Origin: the human T2T-CHM13v2.0 reference genome, Homo sapiens
NCBI RefSeq assembly: GCF_009914755.1
Contig: NC_060946.1
Direction: 5' to 3' (one strand)
Length of the DNA stretch: 64,000 bases
Shown in pieces: positions 1 to 15,570 of the stretch. The position numbers were made by a program, and so were the translations under genes. Below the pieces are notes generated by a model, which did not search any database, was not told the origin of the DNA, and saw only the letters and a list, made by a program, of their open reading frames with translations. Numbering within the stretch: the stretch's first letter is position 1; each line of letters begins with the position of its first letter.

Positions 1-1
1 G

Positions 2-621
<620 letters not shown>

Positions 622-624
622 CAC

Positions 625-1235
625 AGGTAACATCTGATCGGAGCACTGGAGGAAGTGAATGCGGGAGTGATGGAAATATCAGAGGAAAGAGTATACTGGG
701 GAGCGGGAGCAGCACGTGCAAAGGCCCTGGGGCAGGACCACACACAGCACGTTGGAGGAATAACAAGATCTGGGAGCGAGTTGGGGGGCAGGAGCTGAGG
801 TCTGAGAGGGAACAAGCTGGGGCCACTGACAGGGCCCTCCCTGACCCTGAATGCATGGGAGTCATTGCAGAGCTCTGGGCAGAGGCATGCAGGAGCTGAC
901 TGAAGTTCTAACAGGACCACTCTGCTACTATGTGAAGAATGAATTCCAGAGGGCAGAGGAGGCAGGGAGACCCACGAGGAGGCTGCTGTGCCATCCAGGC
1001 AGGCAATGCCGGTGGTGCGGTGGAGGTGGAAGGAAGGGTGGAGTGCTGAGATAGAGACAGAGGAGAAGTTAAGGGTCAGGAATAATCCCAAGGCTTTTGG
1101 CCTGAGCAAGTGAAGGGAAAGTGGAGGTGAGAGGTTTGTGACTAGTTGAGGCAGAGCTGCCCACTGGCCATCCACGTGGAGAGGTGGCACAAGCTGTTGG
1201 CTGGATAGGTCTAGGTTTTGGGAGAGAAGTCCAGG
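625..1235 (-). mobile_element. L2 LINE remnant
   Basis: Typical L2 motifs (gcacgtgcaaaggccctggggcagga; aataatcccaaggcttttggcctgagcaa). Confidence 0.65.
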
Positions 1236-2612
1236 CGGTGTGGGCACCTGCTGTATGACTCCCCATGTCCTGCACATAGTAGGTCCTCAGTAAATGCCTG
1301 CTTATTGGGCCTGCAGGGGACACATTACTGGCCACAGCCCAGCTCCCAGCCTCCAGGAGAGGCAGACAAGGGGCCCAGGGCCAATCATAGAGAGCCACAC
1401 CCTGAGGGGCACGTGGGGCACCACCAGCATTTCTTGGGTGGCACTGTGGAGGGGAAGCTGGGAAGACCTCTTGGGCGAGGTGGTGGAAATCTTGGCAGGT
1501 GGAGATGGGTGTTGTGGGAAGGCGAGAAAGTGGAGGAGGAAGGCCCAGTGGAGCCGAGGTGAAGTGGACGGTGCAGGAGCCGAACCCTGGTTTCAATTTG
1601 GGCTCTGGGACTGTGAGCAAGACACTTAACCTCTGAGGTCTCCATTGCTGACAGGAATGCTAACTGTCCCCTTTCATGGGTTTGTGTGGGGATCAAATGA
1701 ATTAATCCATGGAAACTGTGGCGAACAACATGATGGCAGGTGCTCAGTAAACATCACCTGCCTGTTAGCATTGCATCCAAAGCTGCCTGGGAGGAGGGAC
1801 AGAGCACAGGGAGGGAGAGGGGAACAGCACAGGAGGCCTGGGGGACAGGAGCCTGGGGCCCAGAAAACGAGGGGATTTTATTCCCTTTGGGCGATTGGAG
1901 TCATGGGAAGTTCTGCAGAGAAAGGAGTAGATGTTCCTGTCAGTCCTTGATTAGCCTCCGCCTGTGCTCGACTTGGTACACTCCCTCCCATCCTAGGCCG
2001 GAGGGTCCTAGCCAGCAACCTGCCTCCTGGGCCCAGGACACACTCATGCGGCTAATGCTTGGTCAGTCCAGGCCTTCTGAGGCCGTTCATCCTCACAGCA
2101 GCCTCATGTGTGAGGCCGGTCCTATTATTATTATTGTTTGACAAGTGAGGACACCAAGGCACAGCGAATGTCACACAGATCAATGTCGTCTTGCAGATAG
2201 CAGGGGACAGAGCCAGGAGTCAAGCCCAGGCTGGGGATTCAACTCCAGAATCCACACTGGCCTCTCCCAGCTATGAGAATGGCCTCGGAGCCCTTTGAGG
2301 TGCCCTCAGAGCCTCGGATGCCCTCAGAGCTGGGCATTGTGTGACACATCCAGCACTACTGTTCTCCCAACAGGCAGGGTGGGGGCCATTGTGTCCACTT
2401 TCAGGGAAAGAAGCTGAAAGGTGGTGTGACTTGCTCAGGGCCCCGAAGTTTGCTTCTGGAGCAGCTGGGACCTCAGCCCAGGTCTGGGACGTCCCTGTGC
2501 TGGGTGCTTGGCAGGCACGACACATGCAATCTTGCACCCAAGCCTATTTCCGAGGTGAATACTGAGGCCCCCTCAGCCTGGAGTTATTTCTGAGGTCCTT
2601 GCTGTCTTTTGA

Positions 2613-2992
<380 letters not shown>

Positions 2993-4099
2993 CCCAGGTC
3001 CCTTTACTTCTGTTCCTCTCTTGACTCTCTCCTTTCAAAGAGGCTTCTCATTCCAAGAAGCGCCTGGCCCACTGGTCTTGGTCCCGCCCTGCTGACAGCC
3101 AGTTATCCCCTGAGCCCAGCCAGGAGACTGAAAAGCTTTACTGCATTCTCTTAAGGGCTTCACAGCCAGGAAAACCAGCAAAGGGGAATATAGTGTCTGC
3201 AGACCGGTGAGGTCCAGGGTCGCTCCATAAAAATGGATTCCTGGAAAAACATAAACCAGCAATTTACCCTGTGAATTTTATTGGCCTAAAAAAAAAAAAA
3301 AGGCTATCTCATTTGAATAATGAAGAGAGATAAACCATTCCTAGCTCCTCTTTTATTAGTGAATAAGGACACAAACACTCAACAGAAATGGAACACTCAC
3401 ACAAAGCTTCAGGTCTGATTTATTAGCCACTTTAGTTTCATAAAACTCAGCATTTCTATTAAAATAAAATGATGTCCAAAAGGTTTGCTTGTTTTTAAGA
3501 AAATTGCATTTAATACAGGGCAAGACTTTGTTATGGTTTATTTATTTATTTATTTATTTTTTAAACAAAGCTCAAATTCTCCTGACTTCACGCCTGTTAC
3601 TACAGCTGGAGGGAAACCGATTTCAGAATCTATCTGATATGTCGGATTTCTTTGTGGCATCCACTTCATCGCTCAGCAGCCAGCCATGATGTCATAAGCC
3701 CATCAGATTTCCGGTAGGGGGAAAACGCTGGGGAATTGGAAAGAATGGATGTTTCTTACCCGTCAGGAAGGCAGGGGAAGGAGCTGGGTATGTTTGGGAG
3801 GAGAAGCCGCGTGGCTGGTGGGGGACAGGAGCAGGCTCAATGTTTGTGATATTAAATGTCAGGCAGAAACCTGAAAACCCCAGCTACCCAGATGTTTTCT
3901 CAATATCCAGATGTCTGGCACTGAGCAGACCATGCTCCCGCCTCCCAGGAGGTGCTCAGCATTTGGGCTTTGACCTCAGGTCTCCGGGTGAGCGCACACT
4001 GCCAGGAGCTGTACATCCTCGCGGCTGCCCACCCTTGGGTTTGGGATTTTTTTTCTAAATCTTTACACATAGATGACAGGAGTAACTAGGTCCAGATTT

Positions 4100-4146
4100 T
4101 TAAAAGCTGTTGAAGCAGTGATTTGAGAAGTTCAGTCTCTGGAACG
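4100..4146 (-). CDS. Second part of putative 88-aa spliced small ORF
   Basis: G|CG TTC CAG AGA ... AGC TTT TAA = AFQRLNFSNHCFNSF-stop. Confidence 0.45.
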
Positions 4147-7100
4147 CTATGTAAGCCAAAAAGGAGGAAAAAAAAAAAAAAACCCTCAGCCAACACACAC
4201 ACAAACATATGTGACTCTTAAGCCATAGGACTTAAGAACCCAAAACAAAACCAGCAAGTCTGAGAACCAGGGCTGGAGACCGACACTGAGAAGCGCTGAG
4301 CCCTCCCCCAGGAGCACGCTTTCCCCCAAATCAGAAAAACACCGCACAGCTTTGTTCTTCCTGACAAAGCCCCTTGCTTCCAGGGAGCCGACAGTTGCCA
4401 ACAAAAGCACAGGGTGGAACTCATTTACACGCAGGCTGGGCTTCAAGGAGCCATCAAGTGCAGAAATGGAAATGGCTTTGCCTAGGAGCCCTGCCTCCCT
4501 GCGACTGGTAATGGGGACCCCTGGAGCCTGGGGGAGCCCCGCAGGTCACAGATGGAGCAGGGTCCTGGCCTCCTGGTGCCTGGCTAAGCATCTGCCCCAC
4601 GGAAGTCACCACCTAGGCTTGTGACATCACAGCTAATTGCCCCTGACAATGAGCCAGGAACTGCAGGCCCCTCAGGGCTGCAAGCCTGAGACTTCACAGG
4701 GAGCCGGGAGGAGAGGCAGCTGGGGAGGGGCCATCGCCAATTAAAACCCAGTGCTCAGATAACAAGAAAGAAGTGGTTGAGGGGGACAGTATCGTCTCTG
4801 GTGGGGAGAGGGCAGGAGGAAGTGGGTGTGCGGAAGGGGCTGAGGGTGGGGTATTTGTGCCCTCATCTCCTACCACAATCCCCACCCCCAGCCTTTACAG
4901 ATGAGGACATTGAGGCCAGGGGTGGCTGAGTGGCCTGCCCAGGGTCACCAGGCTAATTAGCAGGACAGTCAGTACAAGGGAAAAGAAAACATAGGTCTGG
5001 CACTGCCCAGGTCTTCCCTAAACTTACCTAATTTAATCCTCGCAGCACTCTGTGAGGGAGGGGTTATCCTTAACCTCAGTTTCCAGAGGAGCCAGTGGAG
5101 GCACAGAGAGCTTAAGTAATTTGCCCAAGGCCACACAGCGCATCATTAGCAGAACTTGGCCTGAACTTCTAGTCACCTGATTCTGAATCCTGTGTTCTTT
5201 CTGCCGGGTGGGGGCAGGCAGTTGAGGTTTAACTGGGAGTTGTGAATCTGATCTAAATACATATTTAAAATGCTGGTGATCCCCACAGAACAGAAGGGAG
5301 CAAATCATTGCAAATTAATTTTTTTAAAGCCATTCCAGGCAGGAGGCTTGCTGGCCAGGTGGGTGGGTGGGGAGGCTGCTTTTATTCTGTCCCCGCCAGA
5401 GCCTGAATAAAGCAAGTTGACTGTCTCTCTAGCTGTGCGTGGCGGCCACTCAGAGCTCCTGAAGTGGGGCAGTGGGGGGTGTGGGAGACTGGAGAAAAGC
5501 TTTGTTAGGCATCTGCGAGGGCTTCATCTGCCCCAGGAAAAGTGCCAGGCACACGGGTCCAATGGAGCCAGGGGAGGGAGGATTCACTGTGTATAGAAAC
5601 CATGCAAAAAAAAAAAAAAAAAAAAAAAAAATCAGTCCCCCTGAGCCGGGTTCCTAATTTCCAAGTGAGAGTTTCAATGTGCCGTGGGTCAACTGAGCAG
5701 CAATTGCTGGCCCAGAGACCTGACTCTGGGTCAGAGCTGTGCTGCCCAGGGCCCTGCCCACCAGGATGGGGGAGGCCAGGCAGTCACTGTGGTCCTATAT
5801 CCCAGCTACTCTGGGGGCCCTGTCGGCCACCACCTTCTCCCAGAGCAGCACTTGAAGAAGACAAGTCTCCAAGAGATGGGACAGAAGAAAGAGGAGACAG
5901 GTCGGTCTGAGCTCAGGGAACAGGACTAGCGCCTGCCCTGGGCCTCCCCTGGCAGGTCCACTCTCCCTGCAGCCAGCCAGCCTTGGCACTGCAGTGGTCA
6001 GGCTGTGCCAGGCCTCTCCCTTCACAAGGCCTGCTGGTTTCTTTTACTTTGTTTCTGTGAACGGCAAATGGGGTGTGGAGCCCAGGACTCGGGCCAGGGA
6101 AGGGGAAAGAAAAGTTTCTGCCATCTGGATGCCTGACCTTGCTGAGCCACTCCTGTTTTTCTGGGGAAATCCTACCCATCTTTTATTTGCTTTGCCTACC
6201 ATCCACCCAGAAAAGATTTGGGTCCTGCCCTCATGGCACTTACAATCGACAGGGGGAGCTAAACATTGACCAATTAATGGCATAAAAGTGTCCATGGAGG
6301 GGGTGGTCCCATGCTATGAGAGTCCATCATAGTGGAATCATCAAGTCAGGGAGGTCAGGGCAGGCTTCCTGGAGGAGGTGACATTTGTGCTGGGGCCCAA
6401 AGGATGAGGAGTGTTAATTGCTCTGACTCACTGTCATCCTTGCAGAGTCCCTCTCTGATATCCTCCTAAGGTCGCCTCCCCTCCCCATACCCTGGTCCCC
6501 TTCTTGACTGTCTGTTGTTCATCTATATCCCTGCCCTGGTCTGGAAGCCCTATGAGGGCAGAGGCCGGGCCTGTCTTAGTCACTGCTGAATTGCGCATGC
6601 CCGGCACTTAGTAGGTGTGCCGGACCACCTGTGGTGGTCTACACTGCCTATTTGTAACTATTTGCTGATCAAAAGAATAAACAACATGTGCAAAAGGCTT
6701 TGTAGTAGGGGAAATCCCAGGACAGGAGGATGTGGGAGTAGGAACGGGGGCAAAGGGACAGAAGGTGATGGGAGATGAGGCTGTGCCTCCCTAAGAACCT
6801 CCCTAGAAATGCGGGTATCTCCTCCAGCCAAGGGAAACCCTTCTGCCCTTCCCCTGTGGCAGAGACTGTGGTAGGGTGTCTTTCTTACCCTAGAGGAGAG
6901 AGTGTCGCATAAATACGCTGCCCCACCCGAAGCGCTCCAGGCACAGCACCCCGGACACAAAGCAGGTGGGCACTAGCACCCCCTGCCCAGTACTCTGCCA
7001 CCAGCTTCCCTCCTGCGTTCATTCTCTCACCCAGTGCTGCGGGGCCACCTGGAGCTACAGAGAGGGAGTGGGATCCACCCCCAGCAGATCCGAAGGTCTC

Positions 7101-7479
7101 AATCCAGGGCTTCCCTGCATCCCAGCCCCAGGTCTCACCTGCACTACCCCCATGGCTAGCACCCTTTCTCCTCACTGAGGCGGAGGTGGAAGAAGAGGAG
7201 CCAGGACAAATGGGGTTTGAGTCCCTGGGTCTGATTACGAGCGTGGGACGGGTGCCAAATTGGCCTCTTCGTCCCTCAGCTTCCTCACAAGTGAGGTGGA
7301 GACTCCCCAGGCTTCCCCGGAGCCAGGGACAGAGTGAGCGCTTGATGATCCCGTCTAAAAGTCTCAAAATGAGCCCCCTTTGGTCTCGCTCTGTCGCCCC
7401 AAATCCCTCTCCCGCCTCAGCTGCAGTTTCTCCAGCTCCCGAGGAAGGGGGGCACCCGAATTCCAGCCGCTGAGGCTGG

Positions 7480-8600
7480 AGTTTGGAGTTCGCCCAAGGA
7501 GCTTCCGCCCTGGGATGCGGCTGAGACCCGACAGGTGGGTCCCGTCCCCGCCCCAGATGTGCGCCTGGCCCCTCGGAGGCGCGGCTCCGCCTACGCCCAG
7601 ACCCTTCCTCCCCGCCAGCCCGCTCAGCGCGCTCTGGCAAACTTTCCGCGTCCAGAACCCGCCCGCGTCTACACCTGCTCGCGGTTCAACCGCAAGCGCA
7701 AGTCTACACGGTCTCACCTGCCCCCGGGTTGCTGAAGGGTGCCTCGGTCACGGGGCCGCGTCTCCACAGGCTCAACAGCTGCGAGTCCCCGGGACTGCCG
7801 ACCTCAGCCTTGGGGATCCGTCTTGACCACCCCCGGATTCGGAGGCGCCCGGGCCGGACCACCTGTGCTGGTCTCCACCTCCTCGGCAACCCCGGGTCAC
7901 CGGAGATGCTGCAGCTCGAGGGTCCCGCCTGCACCATCCATGGCTCTCGAGATCCTTCAGAGCGCGGACCCGGCCGAGACCCCGCGGAGCCGCTGCGCGT
8001 GGCTGGTGCCCGCGGTCGCCCCGCAGTCCCGTATGCGGCGAAACCGCCGGGGCTGCTTACCTGGCCCGCACCCTCACGCTCCCGTCCGGGCTGCGCAGCC
8101 GCTTCTCTCACACATTTTGCGATAACATCGATGGCGAAAGAAAATGTTGTAAATCCTCCTGCGGCCACGTGGCTGTCCCCCCACCCCCTTCTCCCTTTCT
8201 CTGGCCCTCAGGACAAAAAGGCCCCGCGGCCGGCCGCTGGCCACGGGGCTCTGGGCGGGCGAGGCTGGCTGCAGCGGGGCGTGGTCTGGGGAGGGGCCGG
8301 ACCGGGGCGGGCGGGGCGTGGTCGGGGCAGGGGCGGGGCGCGCTGGTTCCGGCCGCCCTCCCCGCGGAAACCGGGCCTGAGACTAGGGCTCCTGTTCCAG
8401 CTCTTGATTGGTCGGTCGGCCAGCACTGCTGACGTCTGATTGGCTGAGACAAAGAAGGGACTAAGGCCGTAGGGGTGGGGGTTTGTGGATTTCATTCTTT
8501 GCCTTTTCGCTCCGGCGGTGGCCGCTGCTCTTTCGGACCTTCCTGAACTCTGCGGCCTTTTCCTCTCTGCTTCCGTGGTCCCTATCATAACGCTACCTGC
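7480..8600. promoter_or_regulatory. CpG island promoter with GC boxes, two CCAAT boxes, a CRE-like site and an E-box
   Basis: Dense CpG and very high GC; GGGGCGGG repeats 8303-8340; ATTGG at 8407-8411 and 8439-8443; TGACGTC 8430-8436; palindromic GCCACGTGGC 8164-8173. Confidence 0.85.
7718..7937 (-). CDS. First part of putative 88-aa spliced small ORF in the lncRNA
   Basis: ATG at 7937; 73 codons + 1 nt to the donor at 7718 (MVQAGPSSCS...PFSNPGA). Translation cannot be shown from sequence alone. Confidence 0.45.
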
Positions 8601-8997
8601 ATTTCCTTGTCCTTCTCTACCAAACAGCACCTGGAGATAGGGACATGGGGTTCGTGCTGCTCACCACTGTCTCCCCAGGGCCTAGCACACAGTACGTGCT
8701 CAAAACGGTTAGTTGAATGAATTCGTGGAAAATATGCATACAGGTGTTTAGAGCTATCTTTAATGTTGGCAACATCCCTAGGAGATATTACTATTCTCTC
8801 CCGAGGATGAGGAAACCGAGGTGCAGCGAAATTCGGTCACGTGGGGATGAATGGCTGAGCTGATGCTGGGACATGCTTACATTACTGGATCTCGGATCCT
8901 CTACACAGTGATGCCCTGTGCAGTGTCAGAGCTCAGTTTCCCGTCTATCAAGAGTGTTGTGTTAGAGCACAAGATAGGTTAGAAGATGGGTTATTAC

Positions 8998-9791
<794 letters not shown>

Positions 9792-10329
9792 GTGTCATTT
9801 AAATGAACATGCTTGAACATGCTATACCCAGCACTGTGCTTGGCAGTATGAATGACACAGCCTCTGCTTCCATGTTAAATTCCTGGTAACCTGCTGGGCT
9901 CTTTCCCTTCCTGGGAATCCATCCCCTGAACCCCCCTCTGCACCCCCATCACAGGGGAAGTTGGAAGCACTCTGCTCAAACCATGCTGCATTGCCCACTC
10001 TGACAGTTTGGGGCATTTGGGGTGGATTTTCCTGTGGAAGTCATGGGGAGCACCGTGAAGCAGACTGACTTCCCGGCTGCTGTTCTCTGATGGAGAGGGG
10101 GTCCTTGGGATGCCCCCCCAAGTAGGTCCTTTTGATTGAGAGATGATGTATGAGATGGGATGGGGGAGAGGGCTTCCTCTGACAAAGGAAGGTGTAGAAG
10201 CTTCTCCCGGAGTTGGGCAGAGAAGGGTTAATCAACTAGAAAAATGCTGAGAGCCTGTCTCCCATAGGCAGCCAGATTGAGGCATGAAGAGGAGGAGCTG
10301 GCTTGGTGGTGTGGTGAATGAGTGCTCCC

Positions 10330-10515
10330 TGCATCTGTCTTCACATGGCCTTCTTATAGGGACATCAGTCATTAGATTTAGGCCCCATCCTAATCCGGTA
10401 TGACCTCATCTTAAGAAGATTACATTTGCAAAGACCCTATTTCCTAATCAGGTTGCATTCACAGGTATCGGCGGTCAGGACTTCAATATATCTTTCTGGG
10501 GGACACAGTTCAACA
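10330..10515 (-). mobile_element. MLT1 (ERVL-MaLR) LTR fragment
   Basis: tatgacctcatcttaa...ttacatttgcaaagaccctatttcctaatcagg...cattcacagg...gggacacagttcaac, typical of MLT1. Confidence 0.75.
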
Positions 10516-10938
10516 AGGCTCAATGAGGAAAGAACATTTTGATTAGTAGGGAACATCGAGAGCAGAGGCCCCAGGGCTGCACAAGGTGGATGTCCCTGTC
10601 GCTGCCCACTGTTCTCTTGGGACTACACAGATCCTGGTGCCTAGCAGCTGTGGAAACAGAGTTGGGAGGCAGCCGACCCTCTGGACATCAGGCCTTTTCA
10701 GCTGACCCTGCCCAGCCTGGTGCCAGAGCAGGGCCCTGCCTGCCTGCCCCTCCTCCCTCTTCCTGCCTGGTCCTCATTCCCACCCACATCCCAAGATGGA
10801 CAAGGACAATAAAAGCTGTTTCATAAGCAGCTGGTGATTAATTGCCAAGCTAATTAAAGAGGCAGTAATTGCACTCTGATTTCAGAGGAAGGAGTGATGT
10901 CTTGGGCAGGGGTGGGTGGTCAGCTTAGGTCTCCCTGA

Positions 10939-11854
<916 letters not shown>

Positions 11855-12774
11855 TTAGATGCTTAAGCTTATCTCTGTACTTTTCCATGTCTTCGAAATA
11901 TTTCATTAACATCCACACACACACAAAAATGGCAGGGGAGAGGTTAAGTGTTTCTAAATTCTAGTTTGGGATTTATAAATGGCTTCAAATACCAGTGTGC
12001 CTTACTTTACACAGTGGAGAGGGTCTTAAAATTCTGCGTCAATTGAATCCCGTTGGCCTACCCAGTAAATCTTAACGCCTCTGATGCTCTAGCTTCATTT
12101 CTGATTGATTTTCCCTGGCAGAGGTACCAAATTCTTTGCTTTAAGTGTCAGGCTCTCTCTGTCAAGTAGTTAATGACCTATAAAGCACTTAAAACGTACT
12201 GGAGGAGATGCGATTTGGAGGCACCCTGCAGTGTATCCTCTCTTATTGTCGGTAATCACCCCTCATTTATTTGCTCTTATTGGTTTGGAATTTGCTATCA
12301 GGTTTTCCTAAAGCCAAGCCCACCAGGAATGGTCCAATTCTATGTGGGCCCAGATGGGTGCCGGGATTGGAACCTAGGGGCAGTGGGCAGCCAGTGTGGC
12401 CTCTTTCCTCACGAGCCCTTCGGCTTGGGTGCCCTGGTCATCTCATGGCCACACATTCAGCGGCTCTGCCTCTTGCCAGCTGAGTGATCTTGAGCATTCA
12501 GTGCCCCCCTCCAAGCCTCACTTTCCTCTTCCACACTGCCCCAGAGCTGGTGCCTGCCCCTGAACAACTGGAAGATGACTCCAGCCTGGTGAAGTCAGTG
12601 CTGGGAGCCGTAGAAGAGGCCCAAGGTCAGGGTGAGCATGGAGGTCATGACCGAGGCAAGCTCCAGGGTCAGAGGTCATAGGAAGCATCCCCAAGGAGCA
12701 CAAAACAGGGTGGGCCACTGACCTCGGGGCAGAAGAGCCTCTCAGAGAGGGGCCCAGCCTGGGAGGCAGAATAG

Positions 12775-13097
<323 letters not shown>

Positions 13098-13098
13098 A

Positions 13099-13663
13099 GT
13101 GTCTTCATTTTCTATGGCTGCTGTAACTAATCACCACAAACCTGGTGACTTAAAACAACACACGTTATCCCTATTGAAAAGCCGGGAGAAAAAAGAAAGA
13201 AAAAAATTATTTTTTAAAAACCCACAACACGACACACATTTATTTTCTTACAGTTCTCAAGACCGGAAATTCAGAATCAGTTTCAACAGGCAGAAACCAG
13301 GGTGTTCACAGGGCCACGTTCCCTCCAGAAGCTTTGAGGAGTATCCGTTTCCTTGCCCTCTCCTGCTTCTGGGGCTCTGTTCCCCGGCTGTGGCCTCTTC
13401 TTCCATGTTCAAAACCAGCGGCGTACCATCTTCAGACCTCTTTCTCTGCTTCCATCATCACACCACCTTCTGCCTTTGGTCTGTAATCTCCCTCTGCATC
13501 CCCCTTTATAAGGGCGTTTGTGATTGTAATGATCCAGGATAACCTCCTCATCTCCAGATCCTTAATCACATCTGCGGCGCCTTTGTCATATAAGGTAACA
13601 TTCACAGGTTCCAGGATTAGGATGTGGATATCTTGGCGAGGGTGGGATTCTTCAGGCTACCAC
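13099..13663 (-). mobile_element. MLT1 (MLT1C-like) LTR
   Basis: ggctgctgtaac...caccacaaacctggtgacttaaaacaaca at one end; cacatctgc...aaggtaacattcacaggttccaggattagga at the other. Confidence 0.8.
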
Positions 13664-14079
13664 AGAAAGCCACCAACCAAAGTGGTTCAGATCATGGATT
13701 CTGAAGCCACTGCTGGGGCCTGAATCTCAACTGCACCATCTGCCAGCTAGGTGACTTTGGGCGAGTTGTTATATCTTTTTAAGGCTCAGTTTCCTCATCT
13801 GTGAAATGAGATCAATGCCTACTTATTGCCACAGATAAAAACTGAATAGGCATTTAACCATCTGACAGGTAGAGGGAGTTTCATGCGCCAGAGCCTGGAC
13901 CTTGAAAGAGGCCCCAGCAGGGCCCTTCTGTAGGAGGAAAGGAGGAAGGGCAGGAAAGGGTACGGGCAGGGCAGGCTGGGTGGAGGAAGAAGCTGAACCA
14001 CGTCCCAGGGAAGTGTGTGTGTGCTCTGTCCTAAGGGTAATGAACAGGGGACAACAGAAAGTGTTTAAGTAGGGCAATT

Positions 14080-14946
<867 letters not shown>

Positions 14947-15260
14947 CCCCATTAGCAGTTCTAAAGCTCTCTGCAACCTTGAACTCCAATCTTGAGCTCC
15001 AGGCTTGAACCCAGGAAGAAGGCAGGGGTGCCTTGAGCACCACAATGACCATCTCTATTTCTGGAACTGGTCACTTGGCTGTGGGTCCTACCCTTATCCC
15101 TGGGACTCAGCTGCACAGACTTGTCCCAATGGGTCAGGAAGGACAGCAGCTCTCCTGACTCCACCCCCGTCACATGACATGCCAGGGTTCCCCACCCATA
15201 AGGGGCAGGAGATTGTGGGGCTGCTGGAGGAAGTTGTGGGGGCATTTGAGGCTGAGTGCT

Positions 15261-15570
15261 GGCTAAGCAGCAATGGCTTATGCCGGTAATCCCAGCATTT
15301 GGGAGGCCAAGGTGGCAGGATCGCTTGAGCTCAGGAGTTTGAGACCAGCCTGGGCAACACGGCAAAACCCGGTCTCTATGAAAAATACAAAAAATTAGCC
15401 AGGTGTGATGGTGCGCACCTGTAGTGCCAGCTACTCCGGAGGCTGAGGTAGAGGACCGCTGGAGCACAGAGGTTGAGGCTGCAGTGAGCTGTGATCGCAC
15501 CACTGCACTCCAGCCTGGATGACAGAGTGAGACCCTGTCTCAAAAAAAAAAAAAAAAAAAAAAAACCAAA
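15261..15570 (+). mobile_element. Alu (AluJ-like)
   Basis: Sense Alu with ggatcgcttgagctcaggag and A tail. Confidence 0.88.

Larger units (their letters stand above)
3400..8214 (-). ncRNA. LINC01315: Spliced lncRNA from the CpG island, most likely LINC01315
   Basis: CpG-island promoter; donors CAG|GTAAGC (8061/8060) and CAG|GTGAGA (7718/7717); strong acceptor T15-CCTCCTTTTTGGCTTACATAG| (exon starts 4146); AATAAA on the minus strand at 3424-3419. Name from locus knowledge; ends approximate. Confidence 0.7.

Noticed and set aside
6885-8630. Several long overlapping ORFs (up to 251 aa) on both strands of the CpG island
   Set aside because: Stop codons are scarce in very GC-rich DNA and many of these start at non-ATG codons. 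Only the spliced ATG-7937 ORF has supporting structure.
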